A DNA stretch of 64,000 bases from Clostridia bacterium. Lineage in GTDB: Bacteria; Bacillota; Clostridia; Christensenellales; CAG-138. Where the stretch lies: positions 146,152 to 210,151 of the forward strand of contig JAFRRO010000049.1 of the NCBI GenBank assembly GCA_017428025.1, read 5' to 3'. Under the pieces are notes generated by a model, which did not search any database, was not told the DNA's origin, and saw only the letters and a list, made by a program, of their open reading frames with translations. A program made the position numbers and the translations under genes. This document shows positions 1-8,302 of the stretch, piece after piece (within the stretch, counting starts at the first letter, position 1; every line of letters begins with the position of its first letter).

Positions 1-1
1 C

Positions 2-2473
2 TGCGGTACGTTCCTGCTGCTTTCTCAGTACCTCAAAGAAACACAGCCGTCTCTGTCCAAGGCGCAGCGCGCCGAACTCGCGGAAGACCTTGCGGAATCC
101 ACTGCTGATCTTCCGATTGACGCCGACGGTTATCTGTATTCGCCGAGAAAGAGCGGCTCCGGTCTCATCAATGCGCCGGATGCCATTTCCACGCCGGTTT
201 ATCTGGTTGAGCCGATCGTCAATCTCTATGACGATCCGAACAAGGAAGGCGTCTTTACCATCCGCTACACGCTCGTGAATCTGACCGATTCCGAACAGGT
301 CTACGCGGCTGACGTCATCGGTCTGTTCGACTATGTAACTTCAGGCTACAACACGCTGACGTCGGATTATCTGTTTGACGGCGAAGGCATCACCGTTGAA
401 GGCGATCTCAACCCGGTCGTTCCCGCAAACGGCAAGTTCGACGGCAAGATCACCATCACGCTCGACGATGCAACCAAAGAAAAGTTCGATGCGGACTTTG
501 CAAACGGCAACTTCGTTGAAGGCTATATCGCATTCTACAGCGATTCCGAGGAAAACACCGGCATTACCGTCCCCGTCAATGAGGGTACCCTCGGCGACGC
601 AAACCTGGACGGCAAGGTGACGGCGGCAGACGCTGCTGAGATCCTTCGTGCGATCGTCGGTCTGACTGAGCTCAGCGAAGAAGCGCAGGCTATGGCAGAC
701 GTCAATGAAGACGGTACAGTCACGGCAGCGGATGCTTCGTTCATCCTCCGCGCAATCGTCGGTCTCGAAACGCTTCCGGCGATCATCGGCGAGGAAGAAG
801 CAGAACCTTCTCTGGTTCACCTTACCTTCATGGGCTTCTACGGCGATTGGACGCAGGCGCCCGTCCTTGACAGAACCTGGACGAACGATCCTACTTATTT
901 GCAGTACTGGGCTGTCATGAATATTATGTATCCGCAGTACATTGCTCAAGGATATCTCCCGATCAATCTCTGGGATCGCTTCGAAACCAACATTGCGGTG
1001 CATGAGATGTATGGCGGCATATCGTCCGGCAGTCTCTACACCTACTTCGGCACAAACCCGATGACAACGCTCGCTTCAGATGAAGAGCTTGTTATGGAAG
1101 CGTGGTATGATGTATATGCAAACTACAGCCCGCTCCACAATGCGATCTCCAACTCTACAACCGATTCGTACTATGTCAATGACTGGATGTACATGCTTCC
1201 GATTCAACTTCGCAATGCGCGTCACCTGATCATGACGGTCACCGATGCACAGACCGGAGAAGTCTACTTCGTGGACGATACCGAATATCTCGGCAAGGTA
1301 TACTTCGATACGGATACCGCCACATGGGGCGCACGCGGTTCGTTCTACTGGGACGGCATCAATATGAATGAATCGTCCGAAGGTTACGGCGACTATGTTC
1401 CGAACGGTACGATCTGCTACGTTTCTTACGAGACGATGATCGATTACCCCGGCGCTGAGCTCAACGAAGAGTACGGCTTCTACATGATCGTCGATACCGA
1501 ATCCCCGGTCATTACCGGCGTTGAATTTGCAGAAGAGCAAGTTGAGGCGACGGAGGAAGGCGAAGAGCCGACCGCCAAGAAGACCGTCACCGTCAATTTC
1601 GACGACAACGGATCCGGCGTGGCATTTGTCGATGCGTACTGCTACGATAAGGAACTCAACAAGATTGACCTCGGATATGCTGTCGGTACCGACACCGCGG
1701 CGTTTAAGATCGATCTCAGCTTGGTTCCGGAAGGCGTTGACTACATCGTTCTCGATGCGATGGACTATGCGACTAACTGGCCGGATTACAACCTGAACAT
1801 CAAGACCGGTGAAGTCTCGATGAACAAATATGACTTCATGTCCGTGCAGTTCGCTGCCGATAAGATCTTCAATGACAAGGATGCTCTCGGCTCCGTCGTA
1901 ATGGTCGAAGGCGTTGTCACTGAAATCTATAAGGATGTTGTCTACATCCAGTCGACCAATCCTTATCTCGACGATCCGGGCTTCGGCTTGGCAGTTGAAC
2001 TTGCGGATCAGGAATCGCTTGCAGATATCACCATCGGTGACAAGTGGATCTTCTCCGGTGAGATGGACAACTACTATGGATGCCCGACGCTCAAGAATGC
2101 GGAAGCTCTGTTTATGGAGTATCAGAACGTATACTATGCGGAAAGCAACTGGGATCCCGGTGATTGCCTGCTGTACATTCCGTATACCTACTTCACCCTG
2201 ACGGATATCCAGAATGATCCCGGTCGGTTCACGGGCGAGTGCTTCTTCTTCGATGAGCTCACGATTCTCGGCGTCACCGAAATCGGCGACGGCACCAGAA
2301 CGCTCTCTGTGACGGACGGTACTAGCTGCATCGATATCGTTGCAACCTATGGCTGTGAAGGCGCACAGGCAGGCAACACCGTATTCGTAGTCGGTACCAT
2401 CGTATTCGATATGGGTACACCGCAGATTCGTCCGCTTTGTGACGAGTCCATGTTCTGGATCGAATCATACTGA
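2..2473 (+). CDS. Secreted subtilisin-like (S8) serine peptidase, C-terminal part (5' end outside window), with Fn3-like domain, internal dockerin and long C-terminal region
   Basis: The frame of ORF 275-2473 is open from nt 2 (..SPRKSGSGLINAPDAISTPVYLVEP.., resembling the end of an S8 catalytic domain). FVEGYIAF...FMGFYGDW motif as in C5a-peptidase/lactocepin Fn3-like domains. Dockerin repeats inside. Hairpin terminator follows. Confidence 0.65.
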   Translation, partial: CGTFLLLSQYLKETQPSLSKAQRAELAEDLAESTADLPIDADGYLYSPRKSGSGLINAPDAISTPVYLVEPIVNLYDDPNKEGVFTIRYTLVNLTDSEQVYAADVIGLFDYVTSGYNTLTSDYLFDGEGITVEGDLNPVVPANGKFDGKITITLDDATKEKFDADFANGNFVEGYIAFYSDSEENTGITVPVNEGTLGDANLDGKVTAADAAEILRAIVGLTELSEEAQAMADVNEDGTVTAADASFILRAIVGLETLPAIIGEEEAEPSLVHLTFMGFYGDWTQAPVLDRTWTNDPTYLQYWAVMNIMYPQYIAQGYLPINLWDRFETNIAVHEMYGGISSGSLYTYFGTNPMTTLASDEELVMEAWYDVYANYSPLHNAISNSTTDSYYVNDWMYMLPIQLRNARHLIMTVTDAQTGEVYFVDDTEYLGKVYFDTDTATWGARGSFYWDGINMNESSEGYGDYVPNGTICYVSYETMIDYPGAELNEEYGFYMIVDTESPVITGVEFAEEQVEATEEGEEPTAKKTVTVNFDDNGSGVAFVDAYCYDKELNKIDLGYAVGTDTAAFKIDLSLVPEGVDYIVLDAMDYATNWPDYNLNIKTGEVSMNKYDFMSVQFAADKIFNDKDALGSVVMVEGVVTEIYKDVVYIQSTNPYLDDPGFGLAVELADQESLADITIGDKWIFSGEMDNYYGCPTLKNAEALFMEYQNVYYAESNWDPGDCLLYIPYTYFTLTDIQNDPGRFTGECFFFDELTILGVTEIGDGTRTLSVTDGTSCIDIVATYGCEGAQAGNTVFVVGTIVFDMGTPQIRPLCDESMFWIESY
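593..766 (+). other. Type-I dockerin module (two Ca-binding repeats) embedded in the peptidase
   Basis: Duplicated 22-23 aa segments DANLDGKVTAADAAEILRAIVGL and DVNEDGTVTAADASFILRAIVGL, which is the canonical D-x-N-x-DG-x-V-x-x-x-D dockerin signature. Confidence 0.8.
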
Positions 2474-2485
2474 GTCATACAAACA

Positions 2486-2515
2486 CAAAGGAGCGGCAAA
2501 TGCCGCTCCTTTTGT
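2486..2515. terminator. Bidirectional intrinsic terminator between convergent peptidase gene and selD
   Basis: Stem ggagcggc / gccgctcc with loop aaat, flanked by an A-rich 5' side and ttttg on the 3' side. Confidence 0.8.
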
Positions 2516-2534
2516 ATTGGAAGATCAATGTTAA

Positions 2535-3569
2535 TTATTTCAAATAAATCGATCGTTCGCGCAGTTCAACGATTCTGCCGACGCGCTGCGCGCTCGGCAC
2601 AACGTCTTTCAAAGCCTTGAAGACTTCATTTGCATCCCGTTCGTCGACGGCGCAAAGAAGACCGCCGGACGTTTGCGGATCGAAGAGAAGATCGCAAAGA
2701 GCAAGCTCCGTATCACCGCAATCTACGGCTTGTTCCGCATAGGTGCGATTTCGATACATGCCTTCCGGCAGCAAGCCGATCCGCGCAAACTCGACCGCTT
2801 GCGGGATGAAATCGATCGCAGAAACGTCGATTTCGGCAGAGAGTTCGGAACCAGAACACATTTCGTAAAGGTGTCCGAGAAACGAAAACCCCGTAACGTC
2901 GGTGCAGGCGCGGACACGATAGTTCACAAGAACATCCCTTGCTACTTTGTTCAGCGTCGTCATCAGCCGGATCATCATTCGTTCCGTATCTTCATCAAGG
3001 AGTTCCGCTTTCTGTGCGGCGGTCAGCACACCGATGCCGATCGGCTTTGTCAGGAACAGAACGTCGCCGGGCTTTGCTCCGTGATTCTTCCACATTTTGT
3101 CCGGATGAACGAAGCCGGTCACGGAGAGTCCGTATTTCGGTTCATCGTCAAAGATACTGTGTCCGCCGCAGATGATTGCACCGGCTTCGGCACACTTCTC
3201 GTATCCGCCGCGCAGAATTTCATGAACGGCTTCCTTCGGCATGTTTTTCGGCACGCACATGATATTGAGAGCCAGCTTCGGTTCGCCGCCCATCGCGTAG
3301 ATATCGGAGAGCGCGTTCGTCGCGGCGATCTGACCGAAGGTGTACGGATCGTCGGCGATCGGCGGGAAGAAATCGAGCGTCTGAACAAGCGCCCGCGTAT
3401 CGGAAAGGCGATACACGGCAGCATCGTCGCTCTTGTCAAATCCGACCAAAAGATTCTCGTCTTTTAGCGTCGGCAGATCGGCAAGCAGCTTTGCAAGCAC
3501 GCCGGCGCCGACTTTCGCACCGCATCCGGCGCAGTTCGCAAGCTTGGTCAGCTTGATGTCTTCTCCCAT
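2535..3569 (-). CDS. selD: Selenide, water dikinase (selenophosphate synthetase), Cys-type
   Basis: N-terminal LTKLANCAGCGAKVG loop and overall AIR-synthase-like SelD pattern. Start chosen at MGEDIKL (ATG 3569) with SD GAGGAGG 7 nt upstream. Cys rather than an in-frame TGA in the loop. Confidence 0.9.
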   Translation of the reverse strand: MGEDIKLTKLANCAGCGAKVGAGVLAKLLADLPTLKDENLLVGFDKSDDAAVYRLSDTRALVQTLDFFPPIADDPYTFGQIAATNALSDIYAMGGEPKLALNIMCVPKNMPKEAVHEILRGGYEKCAEAGAIICGGHSIFDDEPKYGLSVTGFVHPDKMWKNHGAKPGDVLFLTKPIGIGVLTAAQKAELLDEDTERMMIRLMTTLNKVARDVLVNYRVRACTDVTGFSFLGHLYEMCSGSELSAEIDVSAIDFIPQAVEFARIGLLPEGMYRNRTYAEQAVDCGDTELALCDLLFDPQTSGGLLCAVDERDANEVFKALKDVVPSAQRVGRIVELRERSIYLK

Positions 3570-3570
3570 T

Positions 3571-4554
3571 TCAATCCTCCTCAATCTGGATCAGGATATC
3601 GATTACGCCGCCGCAGATCATGCCTTTGCTTGCTGCGTCGGTGTTGTTCATCATGCAGGTGTAACGCTTTGCATTCGCATGATTGTTCAGCATCTCCTGC
3701 GCGTGCTGAGCGGCTTCAAATTCGCCGAAACCTCCGCCAACCGAGGAAATGATTGTCCCGTCGCGTTTCACGATCATACGCGCTCCTGTGGAGCGAGGCG
3801 CGCTGCCTTTCTTTGTGATCAGCGTCACCATCGCATACGGCTCGCGCAGAGTTTCGATCGCATCGCACAGTGCTTGATCCCACTCGCTGCCGCGCATTTT
3901 GCTGTTCTTCACCTGAATCATCTCTCCGACGATGCAGACGGCGATCTCTTCCGGTGTGTTGGCACCGATCGAAAGGCCGATAGGGGCATGTACGGATTCG
4001 ATCTTCTCGCGCGCGTATCCTTGCTTGAGCAGCGCCTCATTGACAATCGCGATCTTGGATCGGCTGCCTATCATGCCGCAATAGGTATAGGGCTTTTTGA
4101 GTATGGTTTCCAGGCAAAACCGGTCGAACTGATGCCCGCGCGTGACGATGACATAATACGCGTTCTGATCGTTGATCGTATCGAGCGCTTCGACAAACGG
4201 CAGATTGATGATGCTGTCCGCATCCGGGAAGCGCTCGGGGTTTGCAAAGTCTTCGCGTTCGTCGATTACCGTAACGCGAAATCCGACCATCTTTGCAATC
4301 CGCGAAACGTACACGGAAACGTGACCGCCGCCGCAGAGAATCAGATGCGGAGGCGTCGTGATCCGCTCGATCAGAATGCCGTCCTGCACGGAAGGTAATT
4401 CTGCGTCGACGTCTGCCGTTCTGATCAGCGATGGATCGCCGTATACGGTTTCACCGTCAAGTACGGCAGTATGCCCGATGCGATTGCCTTCGATCGCGGT
4501 AAAGAGCATGGGGGAGCGTCCGTTATGAATGGCTTTTACAACGTTACGAAACAT
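3571..4554 (-). CDS. XdhC/CoxI-family molybdenum hydroxylase accessory (cofactor insertion) protein
   Basis: PPHLILCGGGHVSVYVSRIAKMVGFRVTVIDEREDF Rossmann-like XdhC core. Start MFRNVV (4554) lies 6 nt after GGAGGA and overlaps the yqeB stop by 11 nt. Confidence 0.8.
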   Translation of the reverse strand: MFRNVVKAIHNGRSPMLFTAIEGNRIGHTAVLDGETVYGDPSLIRTADVDAELPSVQDGILIERITTPPHLILCGGGHVSVYVSRIAKMVGFRVTVIDEREDFANPERFPDADSIINLPFVEALDTINDQNAYYVIVTRGHQFDRFCLETILKKPYTYCGMIGSRSKIAIVNEALLKQGYAREKIESVHAPIGLSIGANTPEEIAVCIVGEMIQVKNSKMRGSEWDQALCDAIETLREPYAMVTLITKKGSAPRSTGARMIVKRDGTIISSVGGGFGEFEAAQHAQEMLNNHANAKRYTCMMNNTDAASKGMICGGVIDILIQIEED

Positions 4555-5341
4555 GTGCATTCCTCCTTTTGAGATACAAGATCGCTTCCAGTACACCGCC
4601 GCCGACCGCGCGAGCCTTGTCTGAGACCGTCTCACAGTTCTGGATCACGCCGCGCGGATCGACGTCGCCGCTTTTCATACCGCGACAGACGGGCGTTCCG
4701 CTCGGCAAAAGTCCGCGTATAACGCCGTTCAGTTCCGACAGAATCGGTTCACCGTCGACCGTTGCCACGCATTCGCCTTTCTTTACAAGATCGCCGATGT
4801 GATGTACTTCCGTAAAGATTCCGTCCTTCGGCGCACGCAGCACACGCTCTGTTGTGAACCCGCTGATATTGCCGGGGATGCCGGTATTCGGCTGAGCAGG
4901 TCCGTTCAGAATCACGCGGCCGAGGTCGTGTCCGCGCATCGTTTCGATCACGGCATGACAGTCTTTGCCGGCAGTAAAGCCGGGACCGAGCGCCACGACG
5001 ATCGGCGCGTCGTGGATCGTTGTGCCGAGATTGCTCTTTGCAAGAATTGCATCGACAACGACGTCCGGCTTCAACGTGTTGAGACAGTTTGCATGTATAT
5101 CGGCAAGCACGGCGATGTGTCCGCGATCGAAAATCATCTGTATATCGCCGGTATCCTTTGCAAATTCTGCGGTGACGTCCTCCACCGTGTAGGAGCCTTT
5201 CAGAATCGCTTCCGAGAAGCAAACCGTACGCCGGATCGAAGTGGGGTGGGGGATATCCGTCATGACAATCTGAAAACCGCAGCGATGCAGGCGCACCGCG
5301 ACGCCCGTTGCGATATCTCCCGCGCCTTTGATCAAAATCAT
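4544..5341 (-). CDS. yqeB: Selenium-dependent molybdenum hydroxylase system protein, YqeB/EF2563 family
   Basis: MILIKGAGDIATGVAVRLHRCGFQIVMTDIPHPTSIRRTVCFSEA matches my recollection of the TIGR03309-type N-terminus. ATGA overlap with the yqeC stop (5338-5341). SD GGAGGA. Confidence 0.75.
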   Translation of the reverse strand: MILIKGAGDIATGVAVRLHRCGFQIVMTDIPHPTSIRRTVCFSEAILKGSYTVEDVTAEFAKDTGDIQMIFDRGHIAVLADIHANCLNTLKPDVVVDAILAKSNLGTTIHDAPIVVALGPGFTAGKDCHAVIETMRGHDLGRVILNGPAQPNTGIPGNISGFTTERVLRAPKDGIFTEVHHIGDLVKKGECVATVDGEPILSELNGVIRGLLPSGTPVCRGMKSGDVDPRGVIQNCETVSDKARAVGGGVLEAILYLKRRNAHVS

Positions 5342-6009
5342 GAATGATTCCTCCGATAACCTTTGATGGGATGTTCCGTTTGCCATGCGGTGATTGCGAC
5401 CGGCACATCAAACAGCGCGGCAAGTGCTTCTGCTTTTGCGATTCGATCTGCATCGTCGGCTTTGTTGATCACGATTCCGTCAAAACGCGGATAGGTCGAA
5501 ACGACATCGTGAATCATCTGCGCCGTCACGATCGCATCCGGATCGGCTCCGCAGATAGCCGCATAGCGCTCCGGTCGGTGCGCGGCTTCGGAAATCTTCC
5601 TGCCGAGCCCGTCGATGCCGATAATTACAAGCACGCGATCGGCTTCTGGCGGAATCACCGGTTCGTGCGATGCGTGCGCTTTCAGCGGCAGCTGCCGTGA
5701 ACCGTCGGCTTCGACAATCACATAATCCGCAAGCTCTTTGAGCTCGCAAAACGACTGTTCGGGGCAGGAAAGCTTCTGACCGTTCTGCATGCCGGTTGCG
5801 TAGACCTCGCCGCTTTGGAGCGGTTTCTCGATTCGCGGACAGTACGGATACTGCGGAGGTTTTAGGATATGCGTTGAGGTGCAGACGATCACGGAACCCT
5901 GAATACGCAGATAGTCCGCAAGCGCGTACATCGTCGACGTCTTACCGCCTCCGCCGATCAGCGCAGTGATTCCTTTCCGTATTCCGAAGAATGAACAAAA
6001 CTCCCGCAT
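5338..6009 (-). CDS. yqeC: Putative selenium-dependent hydroxylase accessory protein YqeC (P-loop)
   Basis: ITALIGGGGKTSTMYALADYL..VIVCTSTHI P-loop pattern typical of the YqeC family. Start taken at MREFCSFF (6009) because the longer ORF would run through the pfp terminator. Confidence 0.75.
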   Translation of the reverse strand: MREFCSFFGIRKGITALIGGGGKTSTMYALADYLRIQGSVIVCTSTHILKPPQYPYCPRIEKPLQSGEVYATGMQNGQKLSCPEQSFCELKELADYVIVEADGSRQLPLKAHASHEPVIPPEADRVLVIIGIDGLGRKISEAAHRPERYAAICGADPDAIVTAQMIHDVVSTYPRFDGIVINKADDADRIAKAEALAALFDVPVAITAWQTEHPIKGYRRNHS

Positions 6010-6032
6010 AAACACCTCGTTATTCTTTTGAT

Positions 6033-6061
6033 AGAATAACACAATCCGAAGAAAATGTAAA
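6033..6061 (-). promoter_or_regulatory. Sigma-A type promoter of the yqeC-yqeB-xdhC-selD operon (extended -10)
   Basis: Minus strand reads TTTACA-17 nt-TATTCT with TGt immediately upstream of the -10. The -10 is the left arm of the palindrome GTTATTCT-N6-AGAATAAC (6019-6040). Confidence 0.55.
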
Positions 6062-6092
6062 GAAAAAGGACTTGCAGAAGCAAGTCCTTTGA
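6061..6092 (-). terminator. Intrinsic terminator of pfp
   Basis: Minus strand reads aaaggacttgc-ttct-gcaagtccttttt, a GC-rich 8-11 bp stem plus U-run. Confidence 0.8.
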
Positions 6093-6178
6093 TACGGTAC
6101 ATTCAACACCCTTTCTCAAGATCGATCACGCTGCCGTCGACAAAGAAAGAAGGGACGTTTTTGCGTCCCTTCCCGATT

Positions 6179-7450
6179 TTACTTATTGCGCGGGGGCTTT
6201 GCCTTGATCTTCTTGAGATTCGCAAAGCGCGGCAGGCCGTTCTGCAGCGGAATCTTCGGATCGCCCTGAATGAGCGGGAGAAGATAATCGATGTACGGCT
6301 TTCTGAGACCGTTCCCTTCGGAGTTGATCCATTCGCGCGGAACCTTCTTTTCGGTGTTGGCGCATGCTTCGAGGTCGATCAGCTTGATTTCACACTTGTA
6401 GTTGCCATCCTCATCGGTCTTGCGGCGGAAACCGACCATCTTATCAGTGATGCCGTGCACGGCGTATTCGACTGCAATGCGTCCGGCTTCATAGGATTCC
6501 TCGATATCCGTCTGAGAAGCCGCGTGAGACGCGCAGCGCTGCAGCAGGGAGAATTCGATGCCGCGGATCTTTGTGCCGTGGAAATGGTCTTTCAGGATGC
6601 TGACGAGCGTTGCCGCAAGTCCGCCGAGCTGCTTGTGACCGAATGCGTCAACCAGTTCGTCGTTGTTGCCGTATTCGGAAATCAATTTGCCGGTCTTGTC
6701 GTGAATGCCTTCGGAAACCGCAATAAAGACCTTGCCGTTGTTGTCGTCGTATACTTCCTTGACGTCCGCAATGAAGCTGTCCAGATCGAAATCCGTCTCC
6801 GGAAGATAGATCAGGTCGGGACCGAATCCGGTATAGGTGGCGGCTGCCGCACTTGCGGTGAGCCAGCCCGCGTGACGTCCCATGATTTCGACGATGCAGA
6901 TCATCGGCGTGTCATAGACGCGCGCATCGAGATAAAGCTCCATGCAGGTGCTGATGATGTAGCGCGCTGCAGAGGGGAAGCCGGGGGAATGGTCCGTGCC
7001 ATACAGATCGTTGTCGATCGTCTTCGGTACGCCCATGATGCGGCATTCATAACCGACATGCTGCATGTACTTGCTGATCTTGTTGCATGTGTCCATGGAG
7101 TCGTTGCCGCCGTTGTAGAAGAAGTAGCGGACGTCGTACTTCTGGAAGATCTCGAGGATCTTCTTGTAATCCGAATCATCCTCTTCGATATCCTTCAGAC
7201 GGTATCTGCTGGAGCCGAGCGCGGAAGACGGGGTATTCAGAAGAAGCGAAAGCTCATATGCGGCTTCTTTGCCCATATCGTAAAGATTCTCTTCAATGAT
7301 GCCGCGAATGCCGTGCGCAGCGCCGTAGACCTTGGTAATATGCGGATCGTCAAGCGCGGTGCGGATCACGCCGTAAATGCTGGCGTTGATTACGGCGGTC
7401 GGACCGCCGGACTGCGCGACGATGCAGGTTCCGATTAGTTCGTTGTTCAT
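6179..7450 (-). CDS. pfp: Diphosphate (PPi)-dependent 6-phosphofructokinase
   Basis: PFK family (IVAQSGGPTAVINAS, MGRHAGWL). GGND and PKTIDND (Lys instead of Gly) are the PPi-type signatures. Start MNNELIG with SD GGAGG. Confidence 0.8.
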   Translation of the reverse strand: MNNELIGTCIVAQSGGPTAVINASIYGVIRTALDDPHITKVYGAAHGIRGIIEENLYDMGKEAAYELSLLLNTPSSALGSSRYRLKDIEEDDSDYKKILEIFQKYDVRYFFYNGGNDSMDTCNKISKYMQHVGYECRIMGVPKTIDNDLYGTDHSPGFPSAARYIISTCMELYLDARVYDTPMICIVEIMGRHAGWLTASAAAATYTGFGPDLIYLPETDFDLDSFIADVKEVYDDNNGKVFIAVSEGIHDKTGKLISEYGNNDELVDAFGHKQLGGLAATLVSILKDHFHGTKIRGIEFSLLQRCASHAASQTDIEESYEAGRIAVEYAVHGITDKMVGFRRKTDEDGNYKCEIKLIDLEACANTEKKVPREWINSEGNGLRKPYIDYLLPLIQGDPKIPLQNGLPRFANLKKIKAKPPRNK

Positions 7451-7478
7451 AGTTGCCTCCAAATCATGAATCTTGTAT

Positions 7479-7507
7479 ATTATAGCGGCTATGCATGCAA
7501 AATGCAA
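7479..7507 (-). promoter_or_regulatory. Sigma-A type promoter of pfp
   Basis: Minus strand reads TTGCAT-17 nt-TATAAT. Confidence 0.6.
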
Positions 7508-7516
7508 GCATTATCT

Positions 7517-8302
7517 CTACGCTTTTTTGTGCGCCTTGACCTTGTCGGCGATGAAGAAACCGAGTGTAATCAGAAGCATATACGGCGCAAGAATCAGAAC
7601 GGAAGGCAAAAGATAAAGGAACGGAACCGGTATCCACTTGTGGAAAATCTCAAGCAGGAAGTTGCCTTCCGTCTCGACCGAGAAGAAGTAGTTCGCTTTC
7701 GGATGCAGACCGGTCGCTCGGAACAGCATATTGATGCCGAACACGACGAGCGCGACGAGCAGAAGCGTCACAAGCGTCAGCGGCAGATCGCGGAACTTCG
7801 GACGATAGAGCCCGAACGTCACGATCGAAAGCGCCATCACGATGATAATGAAGTGGATGCCGTAGAAGCCGATCATGCGCGGAAGCAGAATTGAATAGCC
7901 GGAGAAGCCGTTTGCGGGCATCAAAAGCGCCATCAGCGCGCCGATCGGCGCAACGAAGAAGCAGAAGCTCAGCAGCGGCTTCTTCATCGTGATGACTGCG
8001 ATCGGGATCAGGATCAGATTGATGTTGCAAAGATGCAGCGGCAGTTCGCCCCACCAGTTGAATCCGCCCATGTTTTGCGTAATCGCATCGTATTCCTTGT
8101 CGATCGAGATAAAATACTTGTAGACAAAGAAGCCGATAAACGTCAGAATGCAGGTAACCGCGATCAGCGCGCGCTTTGCCTTTTCGTTGCGCTTACGCAT
8201 GATGAGCGAGACGACGATCAGCAGCACGATGAATGCTGCAAAGGTGATGCAGAACAGCGCGTTGAACGGCGCCATGTTCAGAAATCCGGAATCAGGTTGC
8301 AT
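7517..8302 (-). CDS. YwaF/TIGR02206-family integral membrane protein (function unknown)
   Basis: Multi-pass membrane protein with the ELPLHLCNI motif I associate with the YwaF family. Start MQPDSGF (8302) has SD AAGGAGA and overlaps the upstream gene by 11 nt. Confidence 0.55.
   Translation of the reverse strand: MQPDSGFLNMAPFNALFCITFAAFIVLLIVVSLIMRKRNEKAKRALIAVTCILTFIGFFVYKYFISIDKEYDAITQNMGGFNWWGELPLHLCNINLILIPIAVITMKKPLLSFCFFVAPIGALMALLMPANGFSGYSILLPRMIGFYGIHFIIIVMALSIVTFGLYRPKFRDLPLTLVTLLLVALVVFGINMLFRATGLHPKANYFFSVETEGNFLLEIFHKWIPVPFLYLLPSVLILAPYMLLITLGFFIADKVKAHKKA

Noticed and set aside
90-1003. Small ORFs 90-278 (+), 341-1003 (-), 375-620 (+) and others inside the peptidase gene
   Set aside because: They are embedded in or antisense to the continuous S8 peptidase reading frame, which is open from nt 2, and they have no independent support.
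2535-3584. Selenocysteine-containing SelD or other in-frame TGA selenoprotein genes
   Set aside because: SelD has Cys (CAGCGAK) in an uninterrupted ORF. I found no gene in the window that looks split at a TGA with a continuing frame, although I did not check this exhaustively for every gene.
6089-7438. 449-aa plus-strand ORF antisense to pfp. Similar long antisense ORFs occur at 8148-9497, 19242-20462, 21913-23415, 30446-31774, 31494-32675, 39470-40999 and 62361-63554.
   Set aside because: All lie opposite genes with clear family signatures. Their translations are Arg/Ala/Gly/His-rich and low-complexity with no recognisable motifs or SD. They are typical stop-poor shadow frames of a high-GC genome.
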